Positions 1-13,861 of a DNA stretch of 64,000 nt are shown piece after piece (the first letter of the stretch is position 1; each line of letters opens with the position of its first letter). The position numbers were made by a program, and so were the translations under genes. The notes under the pieces were generated by a model. That model saw only the letters and a program-made list of their open reading frames with translations, was not told the origin of the DNA and did no database searches. The stretch comes from Phoronis australis (Eukaryota; Animalia; Phoronida), in contig NMRA01000946.1 of the NCBI GenBank assembly GCA_002633005.1, positions 1 through 64,000 of the forward strand. The letters are read 5' to 3'.

Positions 1-842
1 AGATTGTCCCACAAGCATCCGTAGTTGATTAAAGGTGGGGGAGACACTGGCCCAGGCGGCAGTATGCCTCCAGTGGCAAAACATATGTCACAACAGGCCT
101 CCCCCGAAACCTACGGCCCTTTTCGTATCACAGAAATGCAATACAAGTTTATACCATAACTAATCTCCCCAAAACATACACACTCAAGTACAAATATATT
201 TATTTCCTGGGAAACGTTACAATATGAAGTTACCGTTACCGGTATTTGTCACTAATCTAGAAGAAGATTGAGCTGAAAAGCTTGTACAAAAAAACCTGCT
301 GGATTGAAGAAACTGCCCACCGAAAAAGAACACAAACGTACTACACGTTTCCAACATCTGACTAATTGTTATCACTGCAAATTAACAGCTAACAGTCTTC
401 TGAATATTTTTCTACACTTCTCCCTTAAATGTCGGTAGCGATTACAAAAAGAGGTTAGAATTGATAATTCTACAGCCAAATAAACACACACAAAACATAC
501 TTTTTAGAAGTAAACCTAAGGAATGAGTTATGGTCAAGTAGAATTGTAGTAAATCTTTGACATAGTTGGTTCAAATCAGTGAGACAGTGAAATTTTGATC
601 TGTACATCATTTTATGAAGTCTGAGAAAGGAGTGCTTATTGATATAACTACTTTCTAACAGTAAACCAGTGAGATACATTTATATCAGCGTCTGCGAAAT
701 AAGTAATCAGAAGAATAGAGAGCAAGAATGTAACCTTCTGCCATTCATTTAAAAGTCTTCAATTCAACATCTGAACACATTCCTTAATGGAATTTTTTAC
801 ACCATTACGGTATGCAGCATATCAACTGCAGAAATCCCGCGA

Positions 843-3800
843 TCAGGATAAACCAAAGATCTTGAGATGTCTGTCCATACTGACTGAGGCTAGGAAAGTG
901 GCGTTGGCACCGAAGCGCACCCCTGTGGCCAACGAGGTGTGGGCGTTGAAGGCAGACAGATCCTGCCACTGTTTGCACAGGTACACCCTGTATGGGAAGG
1001 AACAAATAGATAAAAGACAATAAAATACGAACAACTGTTCATGTCTACTATCATCATTTTACAAAACAAGAGCAATGCATCAACTGCACTGCAAATGGTA
1101 TATTTCTAATCTAGGAGTATTTATTAGTATCATAGGTGGAGCTGAATATGTCAAACACGTCAGGCAGGTGTCATTGTCTCCTTAATACAATTGCCCAATT
1201 TCATGAAAATCCCATCACTGCAGACATGAAGGCAAACGAAAGAAAAGATAATTGCCACTAGGAGGCATAGCGGTAGTTGGATCTGCCCAAAATGTTGTCA
1301 TATATTATCACACTCATAGGAATGTTCTTGCAAGGGGCATAGGTGATACAATCGTGGATGTAAAAACACCACTAGGGGCACCACAGTATTCGGACCTGTT
1401 TTGGCAGGAATACATACACCAATTTTCACAACAATCCTTCGTGTGGTTAGACAGAAACAAAGGCGGATGGCAAAAAACAGACATGTAAATAAAAACCTCC
1501 AAGTTGAATCTGCTCGAAAATGAGAAGGGGTTGTCCTCTCCTTAATAGAACCTATTTGCTGAATTTCATGTAAATCAACAAGGGATTCTAAAGATACAGA
1601 GGGAACCGTAAAAATACTTCAACTGCTACTGGTGGCGCAGTGGGAGTCGGGTCTGTTTAAAAGATGTTGTCTCCCGAAGTCATGTCCATAGAAGCACATC
1701 TTCCAAATTTCTCAAGAGGTTTTGTAGATACTGCGGCAGTGGATGCTCAACAGAGATGATGGCAATACCCAACCACACATACGTATGTGGCTGCATAAAT
1801 ATAATCTTTATCCGCTATATCTCAGTATTGCAAGCTAATGGTTGGGCACAATTTAAAATCATGTGTATTTAATCACCACTTAGTAATTTTAAGTACATTT
1901 GTTACATTCGTTTCACTGATCCAGGAAATTATCCACTGTGCCAGCAACGCATCAGCAGCAAAATGTGCCCCTACCATGATTTGCAAAACACAAATTTAAA
2001 GCGAAGTGTTGCAGGGTAAAGACTATGAACATTACCTGACATCAGTACCAGCCACAGCCAGGTAAGTACCGCTGTGATCAAAAGAGAGAGACCGCACCTG
2101 CAACACAGACATCACAAGATATGTTCAAACTCACTTGAAAGAGTACAGCCCCCCATGTGTCAATCATCAGACTATACTTCACCAACACCTACGATCCCAC
2201 TCCGTTACTACTGAATAAAGTCATCACAATGTAATTGGTAGCCCATTGTAGTTTAACAATAATCTATACATATTTCCTTGATTAACCTGCAACTCTGAGT
2301 ATATCCTAAGACACTTGGTACTTTGCTGAAATGAAATGGACATGTTTTGGAAACAATTGACACGGCATTTCTGAATGAAATCCCAAGTAAATTTTCGCGA
2401 CCTGGTCACAAATTCTTTTACACTTTCGTGCCGCAGTACTCAGCTCCTGCATGGTAAAATATCTGTGAAGGTCTCACAACTTTCTGATTCCATGAACATT
2501 GTCTTTGGTCAAAAGAGTAAAATGAATTCACAAGAGTGACGGAAAAATGAGCTAATCTATATACTTTTTCTTGGAGTTTCAAACTACTCCTTTGCACCTT
2601 TACCTCTGGTTTTCCAGATTAGAATTTCTACAATAGTGACACACTTTCTGGTATGTACTCCTGACAATTATTTTGCCCTAAAGGTCTGGTAACTGTTACA
2701 GTGAATGACACCAGAGGTTACTAAAAGAACACCCTGCCAATGAGTAATGCCGGTTGGTGCTACCTCATAGCGGTCATCCAATGAGATGGTCTTGAAGTTC
2801 TTCAGCTTACGCAAATCCCACAGTTTGACGACTGAGTCATCAGCAGACGTAGCCAGGTAATAACCTGCAAGAAACAACAGAAATACACTGGTGCCTGTGT
2901 ATTATCCGACGAACAACTGTACGACAGATGGAAGAACGATCCATAAGCACAGAGTGTTTGTAGAATTCCTTGATATTAGGAATTTCTGATAGCAAGTCCT
3001 GGGTGTATACACGGGATATGGCAGATTTTCAAATATAGGCCCATGGTTGTACAGGGCCTGTTTGTAGAAACAGGAAATTCTCAGTAAATATAAGGATGTC
3101 AACTTAGACATAGGATTCACTCATATCTTCTGGTGCTCTTAATTCCACACGACTTCACCGGAGGCTCTGGTTTGAAGTCATTTATTTAGACTTGATGTAA
3201 TTTTTTATGCACGTAAATTAAACTTGACCTTCATTGCCTGTTCGAACTTAAACGTTAATCCCCAGAATGTTACCTTTTGACTTCAGAATTATACCGGTAA
3301 CTTCCTTCGTATCTGAGATACAAGACATGCATACTCATACGGTGTAAACAAAGGACCGGAAAGGGCTCCCCCTGAGTTGCTAGGTAAGCTGACTGACTGG
3401 CCATGCTCCTCTAAGACCCAGGCCTCATTTAAATCAGTCTAAGCGGTATTAGACAGTCCTACCCTTGCACATCCACAGTTCTCAGAGAAGACTTTATAGA
3501 TTTCCCTTCTACACTACCAAAAATACCCACCGTTTTCAGAGAAGGCAATGCTGGAGATGGGACCAGAGTGGCCAGGGAAGTTGGCCACGTTGGCACGCTC
3601 CTTCAAGTCCCAGATCTTGATCATAGCGTCCTCTGTGCCCGTAGCAAAGATCAGACCATCAGGATGGAACTGGGCGCAGGTCAGTGCTGCAATAGACACA
3701 CACGAGAGGTAAAAGGGCAGTGTTTAAGCACAAGTGAATGTTGATGTAGTAACTGCAGTTTCATAACTTTCTACATTCTTTTGAACAACTCACTGTGGAC

Positions 3801-6800
3801 AAGAGTAAACTCATTGTTTGTACCTGCATTTGACGAGCTGTCGGACACTTTTGTAAGAACGCTGCCAGTGCGCACATCAGAGAAGGCCCAGTTCTGCAAG
3901 ATAAGAAAGACAGATTCTGTGATTCTTAGAATTTTTTTAATGAGGTGCACGAAGAACGGCTGTGTATTATGAGGCAGAACATTTGTAGAGTACAAGGCAT
4001 TAACAAGAGGCCCACAAAACAGATAGGGAACTTGAACTGTACAAAACTGTCGAGGCCCCATGCAGCACTACCTTTGAAAAGTATCGTTTTGTTTCATGTT
4101 TTAGGCTAAAACGCTTTATTTCCATTCTTTAACAGGCCAAATAAACATTCCTCATTATAGCTGAAAGTTTCCCATTTCGACTTGACCTTTTTAGCGCTTT
4201 GAAGGACATTTTAAGGTAGACTAGTGATAAACAGTGAGTTAAACCACTGAATGAGTGTATATATGGCGTAGATTCACTCAAGATATTGATATCTGCTTAT
4301 GTCTTATGGTCAGCCAATCATTCAGGCCAAAACTTAAGATATTCCTTCCATCAGCTAGCGCACATACTGAGGTTCGTTAATCAAATAAGAGAATTAACAT
4401 AGCGACATTTGCACTTTTACTATGAATTGAACAAAGTCCAAAAACCAAAATTCAGAATCACCCAACTTACAAGGCCATTTGGTTGATGCAACATTAGAAA
4501 TTCAAAAATTGACATTAAAACGCTATAATAAATTGAGTTTACTGAAAAAATGACGACAGACCATAAACATTATTTAAGACTTTTTGAGTAAAAATTCTTT
4601 TCATGACATGTTCAACTAAAATGAAGCAAGAACAATACTTAAAGGCGAAGGCAACCTTTTTCCATGTCATTTTGAGCTAAAATAAGGTTGGTTGGTTATT
4701 CTAGACATATTTTCCACTTAATTACAGCTTTTCGTAATTTTATTAATTACTCGTCCGCTACTGCGGAAGTGACGTTTTAGGAGGCAAGCATTTCGCGCCA
4801 ATTTCTTTTCATATATTCTGATTGTGAGAGCTGCCGAGTCAGTCATTGTTCTACCTCGGTTGTGTTAAGTTCCGTCGTAGTTTGCTTTCATTTACTAGTC
4901 AGTCAACATGCCACACTGTTGCTGGGTACCGGAATGTACTAATTAGCGGCTCACGCGCGCTTTGGGAGTACCTTTGCATCGCTTTCCAATGGATGACACA
5001 CTTCGCCGTCCTTGGCTCGTTCGTGTGAAGAACGCAGCGTTACCCGTCCACGCAACGTACAAAGCAGTGGAGAATTAACGAGTGTGTGGCAAGCAATTTC
5101 TGCCGTCCGATTACGAAAGGGATTTGTACGCTGAACTGAAGAAGGTCCCTGCGAAACAACGCCTGAAGAAGGATGCCATTCCGTCTGTGTTGATTCCCGG
5201 CAGTGCCCCGTCGCCACCCCCGAGAAGTGCGTTTTTGAAGCGAGAAGCCTCGCGAGCTGTGGCCAGTACAGTGACTGGAGCCAGTGGAGGCACTTCATCN
5301 NNNNNNNNNNNNNNNNNNNNNNNNNNNNNNNNNNNNNNNNNNNNNNNNNNNNNNNNNNNNNNNNNNNNNNNNNNNNNNNNNNNNNNNNNNNNNNNNNNNN
5401 NNNNNNNNNNNNNNNNNNNNNNNNNNNNNNNNNNNNNNNNNNNNNNNNNNNNNNNNNNNNNNNNNNNNNNNNNNNNNNNNNNNNNNNNNNNNNNNNNNNN
5501 NNNNNNNNNNNNNNNNNNNNNNNNNNNNNNNNNNNNNNNNNNNNNNNNNNNNNNNNNNNNNNNNNNNNNNNNNNNNNNNNNNNNNNNNNNNNNNNNNNNN
5601 NNNNNNNNNNNNNNNNNNNNNNNNNNNNNNNNNNNNNNNNNNNNNNNNNNNNNNNNNNNNNNNNNNNNNNNNNNNNNNNNNNNNNNNNNNNNNNNNNNNN
5701 NNNNNNNNNNNNNNNNNNNNNNNNNNNNNNNNNNNNNNNNNNNNNNNNNNNNNNNNNNNNNNNNNNNNNNNNNNNNNNNNNNNNNNNNNNNNNNNNNNNN
5801 NNNNNNNNNNNNNNNNNNNNNNNNNNNNNNNNNNNNNNNNNNNNNNNNNNNNNNNNNNNNNNNNNNNNNNNNNNNNNNNNNNNNNNNNNNNNNNNNNNNN
5901 NNNNNNNNNNNNNNNNNNNNNNNNNNNNNNNNNNNNNNNNNNNNNNNNNNNNNNNNNNNNNNNNNNNNNNNNNNNNNNNNNNNNNNNNNNNNNNNNNNNN
6001 NNNNNNNNNNNNNNNNNNNNNNNNNNNNNNNNNNNNNNNNNNNNNNNNNNNNNNNNNNNNNNNNNNNNNNNNNNNNNNNNNNNNNAGCGGACGAGTAATT
6101 AATAAAATTACGAAAAGCTGTAATTAAGTGGAAAATATGTCTAGAATAACCAACCAACCTTATTTTAGCTCAAAATGACATGGAAAAAGGTTGCCTTCGC
6201 CTTTAAAATTTTATGGCTTGTAAGTTTTGACACATTTGTTTACCATTGCCACCGGTGTGTTGTTGTGACTACACTACTCACAGTATCGGTGGAACAGCTC
6301 AGCAGGTAGTCGCCGGTGGCGTGCAGACTAATTCCTGTTACAGGTCCCTCGTGAGCGCGGATCATCTGGGCGCACTGGGCTTCCTGCACTCCCCAGACAC
6401 GGATGGAAGAGTCAGGAGAGGCCGAGAATACCAGCTCCTGCAGAGAGAAGGCAATAGATGGTGGTGAAAAGGGGCAATGAGTGGGCAGACCGAGCTCATC
6501 ACTGCATTTTGCAGAGAATATCAAGGACGTCATAAAATATTTAACATTCAAATGATACTTGAGAAGTGGCCATAATGTTATTTTGGTTGATAATTATAAT
6601 GCTATTTTCTCCTTGCACAATGCCTTGTGTAAAGAGCACCACACCGGCATTGGCCTTCTGCAGTGAAGTGAAACACCAGGAATGCCATCTGATGTGCACC
6701 CCAGTTGTTATCCCTGTGATTTAAAAAAAGTCATTTTAAACGCCCCTGGCTCTACTTATCACCCAACCTGTGGTTTTTGGGACCCCCAGAACAAATGACC

Positions 6801-9800
6801 TGTGTATTAACTCTATAAAATATGGCACTTGAAATGCAATGAGGACATATCCAATGAGTGTAAAACCAACTGCACATCCCATTGTCTGCATGAGCTTGAA
6901 TCAGAAAAGTGAAATCAGAGAGATGCTACAAAGCATTAACACCAGGTGTCGCTAGTTCTTCCTTTCACCCCACTCACCTCCTCTGGATGATAGATAACAC
7001 TGGTCACCTTCTTGGAGTGACCCTTCAAGATGGCAATCACCTGTTCAGTGTCCTTGTTGAACACAACGGCGTTCTTATCATTACCACCTGCAGAACAGAA
7101 ATAGCTGACAAGTCTTTTTCATCATCATCAACCTCATCATCATCAATATTTGCTACATCATGTGAACAGCACATGGCCGTGAAGTATACATGCCAGTCTT
7201 TGTGTACCAAAATGTACAGATTGCTTGAATGGATTTACTGCCTGTGTGTCTGCCTGATGCCTGTGTTTATTGAGACAGGCGTTGCGCTTTGACGAGATGT
7301 GGACTCACTGGCAACGGTTCACTGCATAGGATTTCAGAACAACATGGCTTGGATTTCTGTGTGAACAAATCGGCAGGCACACAGCAGTGCGCTGTTCACA
7401 ACCATGTTGTAAACTGCGAAAATGTGAAACTTTGGTCTCGGGATAGCACCAAGAAAACATGCGGATTCAGGAAAGTCTTTTGGTGTGAAATATCTCCACG
7501 TGACCGCAAGTCTACCCATGAACTATCATTCTGAGGCCAACAAACCGGGTTGATCGAAAATGTTCAATTTTATAATAAGCACTATCTTTGATTGTGGCAA
7601 GTGAAATTCGCTTTGCTAGTCAGTCATCAATTGGATGAAATTATTGCGTGAGATATTACTGTGGATTTTCTCAAATGTGCAAATAACAATTTGAGGATAA
7701 ATGAAGTGCAACCACATTGATTCAGGGACTTACCCGTGACAATCCTTGAAGTATCCTTCAAGCAGATGTCCAGACAGAGAATACCAGGGACGCTGGGACT
7801 ATGCAGGCCCTAACCAACAGAGGGAGCAGTCAAAATGAAACACGAATTTAACCTTAACACACATGCACACAAAGAGACCGAAACCTTTGAATACTAGATG
7901 ACAGTGCCACAAAGCTAACACAATTTGTCTCTCTGTTCAAAATGATCATGACCACTAGATTTCTTCACTGGAGACTTTGTGAAACTTTTCCTTGAGGATC
8001 CATTTCAAGGAGGAAGGGGTGCTTTCACAGAGAATTGACAGAGAAGATTCTTCGAATGTCTCAAGAACAAGAGCACACATAACCTCACTATCAATTATGG
8101 AATGCTTTAACTACTGAGCACTCTCACAGCATCACACTGTGGTTTACATAGCTTTACTTCAAAACACAAATTTAGAAAAGTTGAGAATATAAGGATGCTA
8201 ACAAAACATGGAAGATAGTTGAGAAGAGCAGAAGAAACTGCTTAAAACTTACAACGTGTGACGCCACCTGGCGGAAGTTGCGCATATCATCAGAATTGAC
8301 CAGGCCCTCTGGAATTGTGCGCCCGCGCTGCAAAATAACATCTTCAGTTCACAAACAGCAAAATTCAATGGAAAAAGACAATTTGTCACAAAGTTAAGTA
8401 AACTACAAATGTAATGCAAGAGCTTGAAGTAAATACTAAAACACTTACAGCTATCTTCGATTTTGGAACAGCTTACTGAATCAGGTCTCATGAACATCCT
8501 CCAAATATTGGCAGACTGCACAAAATAAGGCCAGGCTGCACAGAATTCTGGTTTGTGCATTTGTTACATTCCTTACTACTACTTATCTATTGTCATTGGG
8601 ATGCAGAGATAGTCAAAGCTGATGAAAATCGACTTGTTCTCATATAATGGTGACAGATTTCGGGAAAACCTGTAGTCACTGACAATAAGGAATCAACAAT
8701 GAATATCTTGTCAAAAAATAAAGTGACCACAAGGAGAGCTACAGTAGTCAAATCCACCTTAAATCAACTGGTGCGTTCTCTGTGTGTCAAGTGTCATCAA
8801 GATCCATCAATCTGTTCTCATATCACCCAAAAATGCTTTTGGGATGGAATATCTTGCCAAAAATAAAATGGCCACAAGAGGGAGGTAGTGCAGCAGAATT
8901 CACTAAGAAATTGACTGATGCCCAAAAGGGCCCCTCACAAAACTTTGTGTTATAAGACCCATCTATCACTTCTCTGAATATCATCGCAGTGATTTCAAAT
9001 TTTCAATCATAACATAGTAAAGTTTATATTCAAGGGTCAATGAAACCCCTCATATACATAAGTTAGTGAAAAAAAAAGTGAATCAGATGATATTTGAGTC
9101 ATTTTTTGATATAAAATCTACTAGCAATAGGGAATGACTCAAGAGCCATCCGTTCTCTTCACTTAAGTTACTGGTTGCATGTGTAAAACATCAACAGAAC
9201 CACGTAGTACATCACTTGGTCTCCCCAAGTTAAAAGTAATGTAATACCAAACACATCTTTTTGTAAATTGACGCATATTCTCTTTTAATTTTGAAGTAGT
9301 TATTGCCTTAAACAAACAGACCTCGAGTCCATTACTTCGCCTAAAATTAGAGTTCGCTCAAGCTGTACGTTATGCTGAAAAATTTTCTTAGTGAGCACAG
9401 CTTACACTTTGTCCCAGCCAATCAGCAAGATCCCACCTACCTTCTTACGCTCTGTCGTCAGCTCGGCAGCTCGCTCCTGCAGCTTGTGCAGTACTTCGTC
9501 CGACATGCCTGCCTCCTCCATTGGCTGGTCAGCTCTCTCAGCGCCTGCCTCTGCACCGTATGCCTACAGGGTGGACAAAAACCAACGGTGTAACAGATGG
9601 CAGAAGTATAATATGCATGTATGTGAATGTATACTCACCAGCAACTTTCTTTAGACACATGAAGTTACATTTAACAAAGACAGTAAAAAAGTACCTCTCA
9701 TACCACAGTACTACTGAGACGACATGCAACTGATGTTAAAAACTGCTCAAGCTGAGGAACACCGTATTCTGCGAATTTTTTTAGTATCTCGGCAATAGCC

Positions 9801-12800
9801 GGTACCATTTGTACTGAGCTTTCACCAAATTCCGTTCCGAAATGTGAACTAAACAACGCATAACTTACCGGTTGTGCTGGATAAGCAGCAGGTGCGGCTG
9901 TGATTCCTGCTTGGGGCTTCAGCGTAGCCAGAGCTGAAGAAAGACAATGGAGCAACTCACGTATAATGTCAAAGCGAGACCAGCAAAGGTTGAGCAGAAA
10001 TGGCAGATGTCAAACACGGGTAACAATAATTTGACAGGTAGGTAGCTAGAGTCCCAGTGCGGGCGCACTCCATGCGAAACGAAAAAATACCTGTCCATGC
10101 TTTGAAACTTACACTCGTAGGCTGTACATGAAGTCTACCATTAAGTGGCACTTGATTTGTTTAGCCGGCTATAGGAAGTGAAGCCCTATGAGTCTAAATA
10201 CACAAATGCAATACAAGACAGCAATGACTCAACATGGCAAATTACCTTCTCTGGCGGCAGTCACTTCCTTGGTCAGCCTGGCAATCACGCGGCATGCAGC
10301 ATCATGCTGATAGAGGGCGTGTGACAACTCTGTAACGTGGCAACAACAACATAAGGGATGATAGCGATGATTGTTTTTCCCACTGAATTATGCTGCATGT
10401 ATTATTTGTTTCTCAAAACCAGAAAATGAACAGCGTCACCATCAGAATGAATGAACAGCTACTTGAACATGTATGTTGCAAAACAATCATTGATGATTTG
10501 TGACCAGAATTGTCTAATTTGATGAATTATTGTGTTGGTAATTATAAACAAAAAATATTAGAATTTGGGTATCTGCTACATAACTGAAATTTGCTTGAAA
10601 TCTCCTATTCCATGAGGGCTGTTCGTCAAAATTATGTCATTTCCCATTATTGCGAAAAACAAGTCTAATGTTATTGAGAAAGTTTTTCTTTACAATCTTT
10701 TTCATGAAGAACCTATCGTGTTTACTTTCAACTCAGCTTGGGTATTGTGCTCACGAGACTGTTAAGTTATATAGTTCCCTGTTATTGCAAAACACCAGAG
10801 TCTCTACTGCTGTTGAGAAAGTCTTTCCTTACAAACAATGTTTTGGATGAAAAACCTATCACGTTTACTTTCAACTCAGCTTGGATACTGTGCCTTCCAC
10901 CAGCCATACATAGACACTTACCTTGTCTGGCGGTCTGGAGCTGTTGGCGGAGCGTGAAACTGTGAAGCATGACAGCATCCTACAAAGAACAAAACCAATT
11001 GAGGACTAACTGCCTTACACATGTTCTAGTAAAATCTGTGCGGGGAAGGCACATTTTTTCAACCACTATCCGTAATTTTTAATTGCTATGGAATGCAAGC
11101 AACCAAATTTTTTTAAAATCATGCTTGGTTATCATTACGTGAACTTGGGTAAGCTCTACAGGTCCTGCCAAACAAAACCTGACTGGGAATAAGAATACTC
11201 AAGTCCCGTTTTCGAGGTCTAGCTTCCATAAGCCACACGTGTTGTTACCCACATATTTGATTGTTCGCCAAATTCCCATTAATGAATACAAATTAGGATA
11301 TAATTAAAAGTGAGTTTAGATTATGCAGGCTTCTATTCTGAGCTGTGCTAGTTAGTGCACAACAATGAAATCTTTCACTCTTATCACTTGTTTCAACAGT
11401 TCGGTGAATTTTAATAAGTGCTTACCCATTCATCTTGCAGACTTTTTAATATGGCAGGGATACTTGTGGCTGAGGGTGGTCTAGGTTTGGCCACTGGAGT
11501 GGCTGGAAGCAAAACCATTCATTTAAATACAGTGTATCAACCCGAGACAAGCATGTACACAACCTTGAAAAACAAGAACACATGTACAAGGGAGACAACT
11601 CTTGATGGAAAACATTTCCTTAAATTTCTGGACACAAACTAGAAGGATGTTTGCCTGAGAGGATCAGGAAATTTATGCAATTTACCTGAAAAAGCTAGTA
11701 GCTTGATGCAAATGGAGAGGTAATGGGTCACTAAGTCAAGGAGTTAGGGACACCTCAGCTGACTTCTCGGACAAATGATACTTTTTTAAGACAAAATATG
11801 TTTTTCAGCATTTAACTTCAAAACTGACTGACTTCATGTCAGGCACAACAAAGTTCAATTCCTTGAACACCTAAGCATAAATGTCAGGAAAGGTACTGCC
11901 ACGCAACATTCCACTATGTTTAACTACTCAGCCTACCTTTTATTTCTATCAGCATGTCTTCTGTCAAACGTTCCCCATTGATGGGATCGACTCCATTCTC
12001 CCTGATAAACTTTTCCACAAGACGCCGCTCAAACACACTACCCGACACAGGGGAGACAACTGGGTGTTCAGGCACCTCATTGCTAACTGCAACATCATAA
12101 CAGATGGAATTAGGCATGCAATGTCACACACTAACAACAACAAGGTCTAAGCAGCACTGTCCTTTGCAGTCGCCTCTACAAATGTTGATTTTAGTGGCTA
12201 CCACACTTGAAGTATTGACAACAGCACAATCTTTACTTTCTGTGAAGTTTAAATTTTCTTTGCAAAATATACACTAGTCTACTTTGAAGAAAAAATAATG
12301 GCAAATAATCACATTTTTTCATTTTTCAAAGAGTTCTAACATTTGACCAAAATTTCTCATAACATTGTAAACAGGCCTATAATTGACACGACTGTAGCTA
12401 AAGACAATGCTTTATCATTTGCAGTAATATCCACTGAAATTTGAAAGTCCAGCGCCATCCTTTACACTTTTCTAACCTAAGCGTAGAAATAACGAATTTA
12501 AAAGGGAAAACTATAGTGTTTACAAGAAATTTTCATTTTTAAAAATATCCATTGTTAAGCAGCAGTAAATGGGTTGAGTCCTCGTCCAATGTTTGTTTAC
12601 AGCATCTACAGGGAATGACTACCTATAGGCCTACGGTAAATACAGTGTGGTCGAACCCTCGTCGTGGCGGTGCACAGATGCGTCCTCAGCTTCTGATCGT
12701 CTCCAATACACTATATATACTACAAGGTATGACACTCGGGACTAAGAATTCCATGGGTGCTTCACTTCAGCCCTCCATATCAAAAACATAACTTAATAAA

Positions 12801-13550
12801 TTTACACAAGACAGGGGTTCAACAAACCATGAGCAATTGTTTTCTACTGATAGCATTTACAAAGCGTTCACAACAAATTCGCAGTCAAAGCATAAAAGTC
12901 TTTCCGAAAAGCCACTGCGTACTGTCAATGTGCCAAATGGAAATTATTGATTTGTCACGCAAGGTCACGACATCAATAACTCCACACTTGTTCGTAATTA
13001 CGTAACTTTCCGTGACAAACCAGCAATTGCCGTCCATCCGTAACTCATCGGATAATTCTGTAAGGGCACATTGACAGTATGCACCTGCTTTTTGGGAAGA
13101 ATTTTCTGCTTTGACCACGAATTTGATGTGAACTCGCTGACCCTAGATCGGCCTAGATGCTATATCAGAAGAACAATTAATGGTTTGTTGAACCCGTTTT
13201 GTGTAAATTTATTAAGTGCTGTGTTTGATATGGACGGCTTAAGTGAAGCACCCGTGGAATTCCTTGTCCCGAGTGTTATACCTTGTAGTATACATAGTGT
13301 ATTGGGGACGATCAGAAGCTGAGGACGTCTGTGATCGTGAATTGCCAAGTAATCCGGACTAGTGACGGGTCCCTCAAATTAAAACATGTACAATCTTAAT
13401 TTCAATTTATTCTATGAACTCAAAAACAGATTGCAACAGTGCGTGGCATCAAAAATCAACAACAACGTTGTAATTTTTCATCCTATGATTTAAATATTTT
13501 TAAAACAAAGAAAAACCGGCAAGAGACTTACTTGCACAGCAAAGCGCCAT
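843..13550 (-). CDS. PRPF19: Pre-mRNA-processing factor 19 (U-box E3 ligase, coiled coil, WD40 repeats), 16 coding exons, 508 aa
   Basis: Exons (minus strand): 13532-13550, 11937-12086, 11426-11502, 10922-10979, 10246-10329, 9869-9933, 9441-9563, 8253-8327, 7734-7809, 6978-7087, 6282-6437, 3824-3893, 3531-3686, 2764-2864, 2036-2097, 843-987. All introns are GT-AG, phases are consistent, and the exons sum to 1527 nt. Protein has the U-box ([19 protein letters not shown]...[17 protein letters not shown]), the Prp19 coiled coil ([51 protein letters not shown]) and WD40 repeats ([27 protein letters not shown]). Confidence 0.97.
1100..1760. repeat. Degenerate internally repetitive interspersed element in the last PRPF19 intron
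   Basis: Recurring blocks ccactag(g)aggc / ccactaggggc / ctactggtggcgc followed by ggatctg-like ... atgttgtc, and tctccttaata...aatttcatg(a/t)aaatc, at ~1175, 1255, 1370, 1538 and 1627. Confidence 0.5.
4643..6202 (+). mobile_element. Kolobok-like non-autonomous DNA transposon with decayed THAP domain, in PRPF19 intron 11
   Basis: Perfect inverted repeats 4643-4759 / 6086-6202 (117 bp; the match runs into the gap), AG...CT termini, TTAA on both flanks (4639-4642, 6203-6206). From 4908 it reads [12 protein letters not shown]...[15 protein letters not shown]...*RVCGKQF...[10 protein letters not shown], a THAP pattern. Confidence 0.8.
5300..6085. other. Assembly gap (N run)
   Basis: Run of N; ORFs called across it are artefacts. 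Confidence 1.
12673..13333. mobile_element. MITE with ~155-bp imperfect TIRs (CACAG...CTGTG) in PRPF19 intron 1
   Basis: 12673-12830 is the imperfect reverse complement of ~13180-13333 (cgtcctcagcttctgatcgtc...ggttcaacaaaccat); no clear TSD. Confidence 0.8.
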
Positions 13551-13584
13551 CTTGAATTTCCGCGTGAGACTGCTGTCACGTGAC
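13545..13584 (-). promoter_or_regulatory. PRPF19 proximal motifs: YY1-type AAGATGGCG overlapping the ATG, and palindromic E-box GTCACGTGAC
   Basis: cgccatctt at 13545-13553 and gtcacgtgac at 13575-13584; both are common in housekeeping promoters. Function is inferred. Confidence 0.5.
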
Positions 13585-13791
13585 CAAAGAAATTCCCGGA
13601 ACAACAGATGGCGCTCGATTACACCCAACCCGCAGACAAAAAACTAATAATGAGCACGAGTCTGATGCACGTCTCTGATAGCTGGGTCTTTATTGGTCAA
13701 TCAAGGACTAGGTAAACCGGTGTATTTCAATCAGCTGAACATAAAAAATATGTTTTTATACCCTTTTTAAAAGCTAAGGTTAAAACGCCTG

Positions 13792-13861
13792 TTGCCGGCG
13801 GTCCCCCGGCAACCCGGCGCGGCCTTGGCCCTAACCTTAACCTTAACCCTAACCTAACCCT
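13792..13861. repeat. Short degenerate (CCCTAA)n tract preceded by a GC hairpin
   Basis: ccctaaccttaaccttaaccctaacctaaccct at 13829-13861; ttgccgg/ccggcaa stem at 13792-13812. Confidence 0.6.

Noticed and set aside
5082-6157. Long ORFs of 272-348 aa
   Set aside because: Artefacts of translating through the N gap.
10440-10495. Possible C/D snoRNA in a PRPF19 intron (minus strand)
   Set aside because: D box present but the C box is non-consensus (AUGAUU) and there is no convincing terminal stem.
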